From contig CAZBMW010000010.1 of assembly GCA_964493425.1 (NCBI GenBank), positions 20,827 to 84,826 of the forward strand: 64,000 bases of DNA, in the 5' to 3' direction. Under the pieces are notes generated by a model. It saw only the letters and a program-made list of their open reading frames with translations. It searched no databases and was not told the DNA's origin. Both the position numbers and the translations under genes were made by a program. The DNA is from an uncultured Pirellulales bacterium. Lineage in GTDB: Bacteria > Planctomycetota > Phycisphaerae > Sedimentisphaerales > Anaerobacaceae. How positions within the stretch are numbered: the stretch's first letter is position 1; every line of letters begins with the position of its first letter. Shown piece by piece: positions 10,431 to 21,800 of this stretch.

Positions 10431-11142
10431 AAATGTTTCTATGATAATAGAACCAAAGGAAAAAACCGATTTGCGAATCTATAACTGTGGGCTTGCAGAA
10501 TATCGCAGGATACTAAAGCTGCAAAGGCAACTATGGGAAAAGCGATACCGGGATGAAATACCAAATACCATTTTGATTGTTGAACATCGGCCGGTAATCA
10601 CACTCGGGGCGAGAAAAAAAGCTAATAAGCTGCTTATACCACCGCGAGAATTAGAGGATAGAGGAATTGAAGTTGTCGAGATACGCAGAGGTGGTGGTAT
10701 GACGGCACACAATTCTGGACAGCTTGTCTTCTACCCAATTCTGAAGCTGCAGCAGCTTGGTTGGGGAATAACGGATTATATCAGAAAACTGGAGGCAATC
10801 GGGATAGAGCTTTTAGGTACTATGCAACTTCACTGCGAGAGGAGAAGCGGTTTTCCCGGCCTCTGGATAGATGAGAAAAAGATTGCTTCAATCGGGGTGC
10901 GCGTATCACGCTTTGTAACTTATCACGGGATGGCGATAAATATCAATAATGATTTAAGTATTTTTGATTTATTTGTACCCTGCGGTATCGAAGGGGTAAA
11001 GATAACATCGGTATCGGAACAAACAGGTGAAAAACATTCGATGAACAACGTTAAGAAACGACTGGCAGAACTGCTCAATAAACATTTTTCTACAAAAAGT
11101 GAAAGCTATGAAAACCATTCGCAAGTTGCCTCAATGGCTTAA
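10411..11142 (+). CDS. lipB: lipoyl(octanoyl) transferase
   Basis: EHRPVITLG, RGGGMTAHNSGQLVFYP, KIASIGVRV, HGMAININ. The true start may be ATG 10441 (MIIEPKEK), which removes the overlap with lpd. Confidence 0.85.
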   Translation: MLSAQDKNVSMIIEPKEKTDLRIYNCGLAEYRRILKLQRQLWEKRYRDEIPNTILIVEHRPVITLGARKKANKLLIPPRELEDRGIEVVEIRRGGGMTAHNSGQLVFYPILKLQQLGWGITDYIRKLEAIGIELLGTMQLHCERRSGFPGLWIDEKKIASIGVRVSRFVTYHGMAININNDLSIFDLFVPCGIEGVKITSVSEQTGEKHSMNNVKKRLAELLNKHFSTKSESYENHSQVASMA

Positions 11143-11968
11143 AAGGCCGATGCCTGCGGGCAGGAATTTTTTTCACACCGACGAAGTATTAACCGAACTC
11201 GGCCTTGAGACTATATGCGTTAATGCGAGCTGTCCCAATCGCGGCGAATGCTGGGCGAGGGGCACGGCAACAGTGCTAATATTAGGCAATGTGTGCACAA
11301 GAGGCTGCAGGTTCTGCTCGGTAGCAAAAGGAAGACCTTCACCGCCCGACGTACAGGAGCCGGCAAAACTGGCTGAAATGGCTAAACGAATGAAACTAAA
11401 ATACATTGTGATAACCAGCGTTGACAGAGACGATTTACAGGACGGTGGTGCAGGACATTTCAGAGACTGCATAAACAAAGTCAGAAAAGAAATACCCGAA
11501 ATGAAATTCGAAATCCTGACGCCGGACTTTGCGGGCTGTCAGGAAAAAGCCATAGAAATACTTGCTGACGCCCTGCCATTTGTGTTTGCACATAATGTTG
11601 AGACGGTACCATCACTTTACAAAATTGCAAGAAGCGGTGGAGACTATCAACGCTCACTGAATCTGCTTAAGATGGCCAAAGAATCTTATCAGAATATCTC
11701 AACCAAATCATCACTGATGCTTGGTCTGGGGGAAAGTGACCAAGAAGTTGAGCAGGTTTTGCGAGACCTGCGTTCTATCGGCTGTGACAGAATAACAATC
11801 GGTCAATATCTTAAGCCGTCCAGAAATTCACTTGAAGTTGCAGAGTATGTCCAGCCGGAAAAATTCGACTTCTGGAGGCAAAAATGTATTGACTTAGGCT
11901 TTAATTGGGTGATGAGCTCACCATTTACACGCAGCTCGTATTTTGCAGAGCAGGAAAACGCATCGTAG
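11099..11968 (+). CDS. lipA: lipoyl synthase (radical SAM)
   Basis: Two Cys clusters, CPNRGECW and CTRGCRFC. The rest is collinear with LipA. An alternative start lies a few codons downstream. Confidence 0.93.
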   Translation: MKAMKTIRKLPQWLKRPMPAGRNFFHTDEVLTELGLETICVNASCPNRGECWARGTATVLILGNVCTRGCRFCSVAKGRPSPPDVQEPAKLAEMAKRMKLKYIVITSVDRDDLQDGGAGHFRDCINKVRKEIPEMKFEILTPDFAGCQEKAIEILADALPFVFAHNVETVPSLYKIARSGGDYQRSLNLLKMAKESYQNISTKSSLMLGLGESDQEVEQVLRDLRSIGCDRITIGQYLKPSRNSLEVAEYVQPEKFDFWRQKCIDLGFNWVMSSPFTRSSYFAEQENAS

Positions 11969-12126
11969 CGGCCACATATTTCAACAGCAATGGTTATTAT
12001 CAGTCATATCAATATATGAAAACAATTTTGTTTCGACGATTTTGCCTTTTTTCAGAATATTTTTATACTTTAAACGGTGATTAAGAGCCTTTAGGCTAAA
12101 AAAATAACCTTCAAATAGGGGCAACA

Positions 12127-13839
12127 GTGAATCTTCGGATAAACAGAAGCCTTAATCATAAGCGCAAAAGCTTTGCGCTTATTATAGCTATGATTTTCGT
12201 AGCTATCTTTTCCACCCTGGCAGTGGGTCTGTCAGGAATGTGTACAACGAACGTTCAACTTTCTGAAAACCAGTATCTTGTTAATAACGCTCTTACGGCA
12301 GCACAGTCCGGCCTTGAATGTGGCAGATATATCGTATCTCAAACCCTGCCCTGCCTTGATAGCACAGGCATAAACTACGTTACAACAGAGCAGGCAAATA
12401 TAGTATGGGAAAGACTCTGCGATAAGATACAAGATATGGCTCTTGACGGACAATCCGTACCGTCACCTACCGGCTTCAGTGATGCGGGTGGAAACGGTGA
12501 CCAGGTTACTATCCCAGCAATCGACTACGGTAATCCGAATAACAGCTTTACCATCAGATTCTACAGATACGATGCCGACCCTCTCACAATCAAAATCGAA
12601 TCAACGGGGACAAAAAGAGAAGTCTCAAGAACGATAAGAATCGATATGCAGATTTCAAAAGATGCAGGTGTGCTGAACTACGCTATAACGGGTAGAGGAA
12701 GAATGTGGATTACCGGTGCCTCGACAATTTATGGAGATATTTTCAGCTCCTGGGACAGCGCTGCAATATCACCATTTAATATGACCAACGATTCCGCGGT
12801 AATCGGGAAAATTAATACGATTTTAAAACTGAGCCAAATCAAGGCGCAAAGCTATCAGCTTGAAACTCTTGATGGAAACGATAAACCGATTGATGTCAAC
12901 GGCAATCCGCTACAGGACAACTATGATGAGCGCTATTACGGTCCATACGACGAGATACAGGGTTACCATGAAGGCATTCAATACGCTCCGGAAGATGAAA
13001 AAGAGTATGAGCAATACCTTCAGGCACTTCAGAATATGTCCGGCCTGAGCATAGACGACTATGATACCAGCGGTTATAAAAACGCCATTCCGTCAACCAC
13101 GGCTTCAGCAAGCAGTTCTGTTATTGAAGACGGAAAATTATCCACATCCGGTGTACCATACGTATATGAGTATTTTCCACACTCGGCAGACAGTTATACC
13201 ACCAGGGCAAGCAGGAGCAGTCTTTTATTGAAACGATACAAATATGAAGACAAGACTATTAGCAACGTGAGTGTTTCCAGTAATACCAACGCTCTGTTCA
13301 AAAACTGCACATTCGGAAATGTTTTATATATCGACTGCTCCACGAACACCCGCAGATATTACAACAATATCCGGTTTGAGAACTGCACCTTCAACGGTGT
13401 AATAGTAACAAATGTGCCGAACAAGCTCAACTGGCAAAGAAACTGTCTGTATTTTACCGGGGAGGCAGCCTTTGAAAATACATCGTCGATACAGGAGGCG
13501 ACAATACTGGCACCGCACTTCAACGTTAATCTCGGCAACACAAACCCGGAGCAGAGCGATAATAATGTTCTCACCGGTGCCATTGTCGGGGGTATAGTGG
13601 ACATAAGAGGAAATGCTCAAATCAAGGGGACCATTATCTCGATGTGTGATACTACCCAGTGGAGCAGCGGATATGTAACAAATATCGGCGCGACTCTCGA
13701 TGACGGCGGTTCAGAAACGACGGAGCTTGGCGACATAGGTGTTATTGAAATCGAACCGGACAAAAAGAAAATGCTTCCAAGCGGAATTACTTCTCCAATC
13801 GTAATCAAAACCTTGCAGGAAACTTACACAGAGCTATAA
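12127..13839 (+). CDS. large PilX-N-like pseudopilin / membrane-anchored surface protein with putative beta-helix C-terminal region
   Basis: GTG start at 12127 preceded by AGGGG. N-terminus KRKSFALIIAMIFVAIFSTLAVGL followed by ALTAAQSGLE resembles the PilX_N/GspK-type anchor. Repeated NCTF(G/N) segments suggest a parallel beta-helix. Confidence 0.55.
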   Translation: MNLRINRSLNHKRKSFALIIAMIFVAIFSTLAVGLSGMCTTNVQLSENQYLVNNALTAAQSGLECGRYIVSQTLPCLDSTGINYVTTEQANIVWERLCDKIQDMALDGQSVPSPTGFSDAGGNGDQVTIPAIDYGNPNNSFTIRFYRYDADPLTIKIESTGTKREVSRTIRIDMQISKDAGVLNYAITGRGRMWITGASTIYGDIFSSWDSAAISPFNMTNDSAVIGKINTILKLSQIKAQSYQLETLDGNDKPIDVNGNPLQDNYDERYYGPYDEIQGYHEGIQYAPEDEKEYEQYLQALQNMSGLSIDDYDTSGYKNAIPSTTASASSSVIEDGKLSTSGVPYVYEYFPHSADSYTTRASRSSLLLKRYKYEDKTISNVSVSSNTNALFKNCTFGNVLYIDCSTNTRRYYNNIRFENCTFNGVIVTNVPNKLNWQRNCLYFTGEAAFENTSSIQEATILAPHFNVNLGNTNPEQSDNNVLTGAIVGGIVDIRGNAQIKGTIISMCDTTQWSSGYVTNIGATLDDGGSETTELGDIGVIEIEPDKKKMLPSGITSPIVIKTLQETYTEL

Positions 13840-13869
13840 AAACTTATATTTTTAAAGGAACTTAAAAAA

Positions 13870-14076
13870 ATGAAAATTTTTATGTTAATAATTTTTATCG
13901 GGTTATTGTTTCTGAGCATCTCTACTGGTATCCTGGCTCAAACTAATTGCACGATATGTCTCGACGATGACTCTAATGAGCCGGAGCTTCTGCTCACAAC
14001 TGTATCTGACAGCAGTTTTATAACTTACCTGGACGATGATGCCAATGAGCCCAACGAACCCAACGAGCCCGAATAA
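13870..14076 (+). CDS. small secreted acidic peptide with DDD(S/A)NEP repeats (hypothetical)
   Basis: An AAAGGA RBS-like element lies upstream. Signal peptide MKIFMLIIFIGLLFLSISTGILAQ. The mature part carries CLDDDSNEPE and YLDDDANEPNEPNEPE. Confidence 0.35.
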   Translation: MKIFMLIIFIGLLFLSISTGILAQTNCTICLDDDSNEPELLLTTVSDSSFITYLDDDANEPNEPNEPE

Positions 14077-14388
14077 GATGACGGTACAGGTGCACTCAAG
14101 AAAAATTTAACATATAAGATAATATTAGCCATCGTCTTATATGGAAGGTGCATCTGGTTAAAATCAAGACTTCGGCGAACGTGAGGAGCTGTCAGATGCG
14201 GCCGAAGCCGAATATATAAACTTAAACTTCTAATCATATCTTTCAGGCAAATCTTAAACAAACAATAGGCTATTGCAGGGCTGAGCTAATCTGCCTTTAA
14301 AAACACCACCCCCATTATAAAAACTTTTTTTACAAAACATAAATTTTTTTAATACTACGAATCTTTACAAACAAAACGACTAAATTAT

Positions 14389-14417
14389 TTGACAAGCCTG
14401 TCGCAACAAGTTTTAAT
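14389..14417 (+). promoter_or_regulatory. putative sigma70-type promoter of carA
   Basis: TTGACA (14389-14394), 17-nt spacer, TTTAAT (14412-14417), about 40 nt upstream of the carA ATG. Confidence 0.35.
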
Positions 14418-14458
14418 CTGCCGAACAAAAATTAGTTAGGGTATGTACAGACCAAAGA

Positions 14459-15541
14459 ATGAAAGCAATATTAGCATTAGAAGACGGCACAATCTACAAA
14501 GGCTCCGGTTTTGGGGCAAAGGGAGAGAATTTCGGCGAGGTCGTATTTAATACAAGCATGGCCGGCTACCAGGAAATCCTCACGGACCCGTCATACAAAG
14601 GTCAAATCGTTACAATGACGTATCCTTTGATAGGCAACTATGGAACTAATACCGAGGACGTCGAATCGCACAGGCCATTCGTTGAAGGTTTTGTAGTAAG
14701 AGAACACAGCACAATAGTAAGCAACTGGCGGAGCGAGAAAAGCCTGAACGATTACCTGAAGCAATACAAAATCATCGGTATCGAAAGGATAGATACCCGA
14801 GCCTTAACCCGACATATAAGGCTCGAAGGAGCGATGAAAGCAGTTATATCCACCGAAGATTTGAATCCCGAAAGCTTAATCGAAAAGGCAAAGAATTCAC
14901 CATCACTTGTCGGCAGAGACCTCGTAAAAGATGTAACTATTGAAAAAAGTTACAACTGGAGCGAGAGCGGCGAATACAACGTGGTTGTTATGGATACCGG
15001 AGTCAAATATAACATACTCCGTCTGCTCGCGGAGCGCAACTGTAAGGTAACGGTCGTGCCGGCGAGCGCGACAGCAGAACAAATCTTCAAACTTCAGCCG
15101 GACGGCATTATGCTTGCCAATGGACCCGGAGACCCTGCAGCCGTACCTTATGTAGTCGAAACTGTCAAAAAACTTCTGGGTAAGGTGCCGATGTTTGGTA
15201 TCTGTCTCGGCCAGCAGATGCTTGGTCTCGCAATGGGCGGAAAAACTTTCAAGCTCAAATTCGGCCATCATGGCGGCAATCACCCTGTCAAGGACCTAAA
15301 AACAGGCAAAGTGCATATCACGGTTCAGAATCACGGCTTCTGCGTTGACATAGATTCTCTGCCAAAAGAGGACTTAGAGATTACGCATATAAACCTTAAC
15401 GACCAGACGCTGGAAGGGATAAGACACAAGAAGCTGCCGATTTTCTCGGTTCAATTTCATCCTGAGGCAGGTCCAGGGCCTCACGATGCACGTTATATGT
15501 TCGATAACTTTATTGAAATGATGGAGCGGCATCGTGCCTAA
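14459..15541 (+). CDS. carA: carbamoyl-phosphate synthase small (glutaminase) subunit
   Basis: Class I GATase motifs [22 protein letters not shown]. Overlaps carB by 8 nt. Confidence 0.95.
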   Translation: MKAILALEDGTIYKGSGFGAKGENFGEVVFNTSMAGYQEILTDPSYKGQIVTMTYPLIGNYGTNTEDVESHRPFVEGFVVREHSTIVSNWRSEKSLNDYLKQYKIIGIERIDTRALTRHIRLEGAMKAVISTEDLNPESLIEKAKNSPSLVGRDLVKDVTIEKSYNWSESGEYNVVVMDTGVKYNILRLLAERNCKVTVVPASATAEQIFKLQPDGIMLANGPGDPAAVPYVVETVKKLLGKVPMFGICLGQQMLGLAMGGKTFKLKFGHHGGNHPVKDLKTGKVHITVQNHGFCVDIDSLPKEDLEITHINLNDQTLEGIRHKKLPIFSVQFHPEAGPGPHDARYMFDNFIEMMERHRA

Positions 15542-18500
15542 AAGAACGGACATTGAAAAAATCCTGATAATCGGTTCAGGCCCGATTGTAATCGGACAGG
15601 CCTGCGAATTCGATTACTCAGGCACACAGGCCTGCAAGGTTCTAAAAAGCGAAGGGTACAAAATAATCCTTCTAAACAGCAATCCCGCAACCATTATGAC
15701 AGACCCGGGGACAGCAGATGTTACTTACGTCGAGCCTATAACCACTGAGGTTGTAGAAAATATTATTGAAAAAGAAAAACCTGATGCGGTGCTGCCGACA
15801 CTGGGCGGCCAGACCGCCCTGAACGTTACTGTCGAGACTGCAAATAGAGGTATCTTCAAAAAGCACAAAGTAAAGGTCATAGGTGCAAATATCGAGGCGA
15901 TTCAGAAGGCTGAAGACAGGCAGCTTTTCAAAAAGGCGATGGAAAAAATCGGTCTGGATTTGCCGAGAAGTGGCAAGGCCCACAGTCTTACAGAGGCTAT
16001 CAAGGTAGTCGAATATGTCGGACTTCCGGTAATTATTCGGCCGGCTTTTACGCTCGGCGGCACCGGCGGCGGCGTGGCATACAACATAGAGGAATTCAAG
16101 CAGGCCGCCCAGCGGGGGCTGGAAGCGAGCATGGTCAGCGAAATACTAATCGAGGAGCTACTGACCGGCTGGAAAGAATTCGAGCTTGAGGTAATGAGAG
16201 ACCTCAAAGATAACGTCGTAATTATATGCTCGATAGAAAACTTCGACCCGATGGGCGTGCATACCGGAGACTCGATAACGGTTGCTCCCATTCAGACGCT
16301 CACTGACAGAGAATATCAGGCAATGCGTGATGACGCCATCGCCTGCATACGGGAAATAGGCGTGGAAACCGGCGGCTCAAATATACAGTTTGCGGTCAAT
16401 CCTGATACAGGTAGAAGAGTTATTATCGAGATGAATCCACGAGTCTCACGAAGCTCGGCACTTGCATCAAAGGCAACGGGCTTTCCGATTGCGAAGATTG
16501 CGGCCAAGCTCGCCGTCGGTTACACACTCGATGAAATACCGAACGATATCACAAAAAAGACACCGGCCTGCTTTGAGCCGACCATTGATTACTGCGTGGT
16601 GAAGATACCCCGATTTACATTTGAAAAGTTTCCGCAGGCAAATCCGGAGCTTACCAGCCATATGAAATCGGTCGGTGAGGCTATGGCTATAGGCCAGACG
16701 TTCAAGGCCGCTCTGCAGAAGGGTTTGCGTTCTCTGGAAATCGGCGTGCACGGCCTTGAGAACATCAAAGCCGAGACAACCAAAAATTCACTGCTTGAAA
16801 AACTCAAAAAGCCCTGTGCCGAGAGAATCTTTTATATCAAATATGCCCTTCAAAACGGCCTGTCAATAGAGAATATTTACGAGCTGACAAAAATAGACAA
16901 GTGGTTCCTGCACAATATCAAACAAATAGTTGACTTCGAGAAAGAGCTTAAAAGCTATAAAAATATAAGCGATTTAGACTCGGCTTCATTGTTCAAGGCG
17001 AAGCAGTACGGATTCAGTGACAGGCAACTGAGCAAAATATTAAAAACAGACGAAGCAACAATACGAAAGCTTCGCGAAAAAAATAACATCAAATCCGTAT
17101 TCAAGGCGGTTGATACCTGCGGTGCCGAGTTCGAGGCATTTACGCCCTACTACTACTCTACATACGAAAGCGAAAATGAGAGTGCCCGGTCGGAGCGTAA
17201 AAAGATTCTCATCCTCGGTGGCGGGCCCAACAGAATAGGCCAGGGAATTGAGTTCGATTACTGCTGCTGTCACGCCTCTTATGCTTCAAAAGAAATGGGC
17301 TGTGAAAGCATTATGGTCAACTGCAATCCCGAGACTGTCTCCACCGATTACGATACATCAGACAAGCTCTACTTCGAGCCGCTGACGGTTGAGGACGTAT
17401 TGAGTATATATGAAAATGAACAGCCGGATGGAGTGATTGTTCAATTCGGGGGACAGACGCCCCTCAACATAGCAACCGAGCTGGCCGGGGCAGGTGTCAA
17501 CATAATCGGCACAAGTCCTGATATGATAGATTTGGCTGAAGACCGTGACAGATTCAGGGCTATGATGGACAAACTCAAAATACCAATGCCTCAATCAGGT
17601 ATGGCAAGCAATCTCAACGAGGCTCTGGCCATAGCCGGGCAAATCGGCTATCCCGTAATGGTCAGGCCTTCTTATGTGCTCGGCGGAAGGGGTATGGAGG
17701 TGGTACTCGACGAAAATATGCTCCGTCAATACGTTTCGGCGGCTGTTGAGATAACACCGGAAAGGCCGATTCTGATTGATAAATTTCTCGATAACGCAAT
17801 CGAAGCAGAGGCAGACGCTGTCAGTGACGGTGAGCAGGTCTTTATCCCGGCGGTAATGGAACATATCGAGCTTGCAGGGATTCACTCGGGAGATTCTGCC
17901 TGCGTAATACCGCCGGTGACAATACCGCAAAAACACATAGATACAATATGCGAATACACCACAAAAATCGCAAAAGAGCTAAACGTTGTCGGCCTTATGA
18001 ATATGCAGTATGCGATAGCAAATGATACCGTTTACGTTCTCGAAGCCAATCCGAGGGCATCAAGGACAGTGCCCGTTGTATCGAAGGTCTGCGGAGTATC
18101 TATGGCAAAACTCGCAACGGAGCTTATGTTAGGCAAAAAGATTTCAGAGTTAGGCCTTGAGAATAAAAAAATACCTCACTTTGGAGTAAAAGAGGCGGTA
18201 TTCCCATTCAATATGTTTTATGGCGTTGACCCCCTGCTCGGCCCGGAGATGCGTTCCACAGGTGAGGTGCTGGGACTGGCTGATTCCTTCGGCCTGGCGT
18301 ACTTTAAGGCACAGCAGGCAACACAAGCCTCTCTTCCTACTAAAGGAACAGTACTTATAACAGTTAATGAAAAAGACAAGACACCGGTATTAGAAACAGC
18401 CAAAAGATTTTCAGAACTCGGATTTAAGATTCTTGCAACAAACGGAACTCACCATTCTTTAAAATCCAAAGGGATTAAGACCGAACGTATACTTAAGATG

Positions 18501-18746
18501 CGAGAGGGAAGACCAAATATCATCGATGCGATTAAAAACAATCAAATCCAGCTAATAATCAACACACCTCGTGGAAAATTAAGCAAGGCCGATGATTCAT
18601 ACATCCGGACAGCCGCCATTAAATACCGCATACCTTACATTACAACCACTTCAGCAGCCGCGGCAGCAGTGAAGGGTATTGCAGCCAGCAGAACAGATAA
18701 AAGCGAAGCGAAAAGCCTCCAGGAATACCACGCTTCGATAAAATAA
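15534..18746 (+). CDS. carB: carbamoyl-phosphate synthase large subunit (copy 1, coupled to carA)
   Basis: 1070 aa with two ATP-grasp halves, an oligomerisation domain and a C-terminal MGS-like allosteric domain. The N-terminus has [19 protein letters not shown] and the second half has [17 protein letters not shown]. Confidence 0.97.
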   Translation: MPKRTDIEKILIIGSGPIVIGQACEFDYSGTQACKVLKSEGYKIILLNSNPATIMTDPGTADVTYVEPITTEVVENIIEKEKPDAVLPTLGGQTALNVTVETANRGIFKKHKVKVIGANIEAIQKAEDRQLFKKAMEKIGLDLPRSGKAHSLTEAIKVVEYVGLPVIIRPAFTLGGTGGGVAYNIEEFKQAAQRGLEASMVSEILIEELLTGWKEFELEVMRDLKDNVVIICSIENFDPMGVHTGDSITVAPIQTLTDREYQAMRDDAIACIREIGVETGGSNIQFAVNPDTGRRVIIEMNPRVSRSSALASKATGFPIAKIAAKLAVGYTLDEIPNDITKKTPACFEPTIDYCVVKIPRFTFEKFPQANPELTSHMKSVGEAMAIGQTFKAALQKGLRSLEIGVHGLENIKAETTKNSLLEKLKKPCAERIFYIKYALQNGLSIENIYELTKIDKWFLHNIKQIVDFEKELKSYKNISDLDSASLFKAKQYGFSDRQLSKILKTDEATIRKLREKNNIKSVFKAVDTCGAEFEAFTPYYYSTYESENESARSERKKILILGGGPNRIGQGIEFDYCCCHASYASKEMGCESIMVNCNPETVSTDYDTSDKLYFEPLTVEDVLSIYENEQPDGVIVQFGGQTPLNIATELAGAGVNIIGTSPDMIDLAEDRDRFRAMMDKLKIPMPQSGMASNLNEALAIAGQIGYPVMVRPSYVLGGRGMEVVLDENMLRQYVSAAVEITPERPILIDKFLDNAIEAEADAVSDGEQVFIPAVMEHIELAGIHSGDSACVIPPVTIPQKHIDTICEYTTKIAKELNVVGLMNMQYAIANDTVYVLEANPRASRTVPVVSKVCGVSMAKLATELMLGKKISELGLENKKIPHFGVKEAVFPFNMFYGVDPLLGPEMRSTGEVLGLADSFGLAYFKAQQATQASLPTKGTVLITVNEKDKTPVLETAKRFSELGFKILATNGTHHSLKSKGIKTERILKMREGRPNIIDAIKNNQIQLIINTPRGKLSKADDSYIRTAAIKYRIPYITTTSAAAAAVKGIAASRTDKSEAKSLQEYHASIK

Positions 18747-18769
18747 ATCATATCATCAGTTTTTCTTAT

Positions 18770-18796
18770 TTGACAGATAAGATGATTTCATATAAT
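18770..18796 (+). promoter_or_regulatory. putative own promoter of the second carB
   Basis: TTGACA (18770-18775) and TATAAT (18791-18796), but with a short 15-nt spacer. It shares the TTATTTGACA context with the carA promoter. Confidence 0.3.
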
Positions 18797-18861
18797 CTAA
18801 CCGCCTAAAAACAGGAGTCGAGCAATATTATCTCTGTACATTAGGTTGAGGAAAAATCACT

Positions 18862-21800
18862 ATGCCTAAACGAGAGGACATAAAGAAAGTAATGATTATC
18901 GGTTCCGGGCCAATTATCATCGGCCAGGCGTGCGAGTTTGACTATTCAGGGACACAGGCCTGCAAGGCACTCCGCAAACTCGGATACAAGATTGTACTTG
19001 TTAACTCAAATCCAGCGACGATTATGACCGACCCCGGAATGGCTGACGTTACCTATATCGAGCCTCTCAATCTGCAGACTATGACTAAGATAATCGAGGC
19101 TGAACGCCCGGACGCTCTGCTGCCCAATCTCGGCGGCCAAAGCGGGCTTAACCTGTCATCGGAACTGGCTAATACAGGCGTACTCGATAAATACGGCGTA
19201 AGAGTAATAGGTGTACAGGTTGATGCAATCAAAAGAGGAGAGGACCGGACAGAGTTTAAGAATACAATGAACCGGCTGGGCATTGAAATGCCGAGGAGCA
19301 AAGCAGCTAACAGTCTTGAAGAAGCGGAAAAAATTGCCGAAGAGCTCGGTTTTCCGGTAGTGATTCGACCTGCATATACAATGGGAGGAACGGGAGGCGG
19401 TCTCGTATATAATATTGAAGAATTCAGGGTAATAGCAGAACGGGGACTTTCGGCAAGTCTGGTTCATCAAATCCTCGTGGAAGAATCGGTATTAGGCTGG
19501 GAAGAGCTTGAGCTGGAAGTGGTACGCGATTCTAAGGGACAAAAAATCACCGTATGCTTTATTGAAAATGTTGACGCTATGGGAGTACACACCGGAGATT
19601 CGTATTGCACGGCGCCGATGCTGACAATCGACGAGCAGCTTCAAAAGCAGCTTCAGAAATATTCTTACGATATCGTCGATGCAATAGAGGTTATAGGTGG
19701 AACAAACATCCAGTTCGCACATGAGCCGAAAACCGGAAGAGTCGTCGTAATAGAAATAAATCCGAGGACCTCAAGGTCATCGGCCCTTGCATCGAAAGCC
19801 ACAGGATTTCCCATAGCCCTCGTTTCATCGATGCTTGCAGGCGGAATGACCCTCGATGAGATACCTTACTGGCGGGAAGGTACACTCGATAAATACACAC
19901 CGTCCGGAGAATATGTCGTCGTCAAATTCGCTCGATGGGCATTCGCAAAATTCAGGGGCGTCGAGGACAGGCTCGGCACACAAATGCGTGCGGTAGGCGA
20001 GGTAATGAGTATAGGCAAAAACTACAAGGAGGCATTTCAAAAATCGATACGCTCTCTGGAAACCGGCCGACATGGACTGGGCTTTGCAAAAAACTTTAAT
20101 AAACTACCACTCGAAGAGCTGATGAACCTCGTCAGTACGCCAACGAGTGAGCGGCAGTTTATTATGTATGAGGCACTTCGCAAAGGAGCATCTATAGATT
20201 CCTTATACGAGAGGACATACATAAAAAAATGGTTCATTGAACAAATGGCAGAGCTAGTAGCACTTGAAGAAAAAATACTCAAATACAAAGGAAAGCAGAT
20301 TCCCGACAAGCTATTGATACAGGCAAAAAAAGACGGCTTTGCAGACCGCTATCTCGCCGGGCTTATCGGCAGCTCAGAAGACAAGATTCGCAGGCAGCGC
20401 ACGGAACTTGGCGTCGTAGAGGCATGGGAGCCGGTACCGGTAAGCGGCGTCGAAAATGCAGCCTATTATTACTCAACATATAATGCGCCGGATAAGGTGG
20501 GCGTATCAAAAAAACAAAAAATTATGGTGCTCGGCGGAGGGCCAAACAGGATAGGTCAGGGAATAGAATTCGACTACTGCTGCGTCCACGCAGCATTCGC
20601 ACTGCGAGACGAAGGATACGAAACGATTATGGTCAACTGCAACCCGGAGACTGTTTCGACCGACTACGATACATCCGACAAGCTCTATTTCGAGCCGCTC
20701 ACAGTCGAGGACGTGCTGAGCATATACCAGAAAGAAAAACCCGAAGGCGTAATTGTCCAGTTCGGCGGCCAGACGCCTTTGAATATAGCAGGTAAGTTAG
20801 AGGCTGCAGGAGTCAAGATAATAGGAACATCGGTTGACACCATAGATCTGGCGGAAGACCGTGACCGATTCCGTGCTATGATGGCCAAACTTGGTATACC
20901 AATGGCAGAATCGGGAATGGCAAGCAAGCTTGAAGAAGCACTGGATATAGCAAAACGGATTGGATATCCCTTGATGGTAAGACCCTCATATGTACTCGGC
21001 GGGCGAGGAATGGAAGTCGTTCACGACGAAGATATGCTGACTGAATATGTTGCTGCTGCAGTTGAGGTAACTCCTGAACGCCCTATTCTCATTGATAAAT
21101 TCCTCTCAAATGCGACAGAGGCAGAAGCAGATGCACTCAGCGACGGTGAAGATGTATTCATGCCTGCGGTTATGGAACACATCGAGCTGGCAGGCGTGCA
21201 CTCGGGCGATTCCGCTTGTGTGATTCCGCCTGCAACAATACCGCAAAAGCACATTGATACCATCTGTGAATACACAAGAAAAATTGCTCGGGAGCTTAAT
21301 GTCGTCGGTTTAATGAATATGCAGTATGCGATAGCAAACGATATTGTCTATGTTCTTGAGGCAAACCCCCGGGCATCAAGGACAGTTCCTCTGGTTTCGA
21401 AAGTGTGCGGTTTATCTATGGCGAGGGTTGCGACTCAGCTTATGCTGGGTAAAAAACTCTCAGATCTGAAACTGAGCAATAAAAAGATTCCACATTTCGG
21501 CGTAAAGGAAGCGGTCTTTCCATTCAATATGTTTCCTGAGGTTGACCCTCTTCTAGGGCCTGAAATGCGCTCGACTGGTGAGGTGCTCGGCCTGGCAGAT
21601 ACATTCGGCCTTGCCTATTTTAAGGCACAGGACGCGACGCAGGTTCCGCTGCCGGCAGAAGGAACTGTTTTAATAACAGTTACGGATAAAGATAAAGATT
21701 CTGTCGTTCGAACAGCAAAGCAATTCGCAGAGCTTGGCTTTTCTATCAAAGCAACTGAAGGGACACATCGATTACTTAAGGAAAAAGAGATTGAAACGGA

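Noticed and set aside
13870-14076. The NEPNEPNEPE C-terminus as a PEP-CTERM exosortase sorting signal.
   Set aside because: A PEP-CTERM signal needs a TM helix and an Arg-rich tail after the PEP motif. This ORF stops immediately after the acidic repeat.
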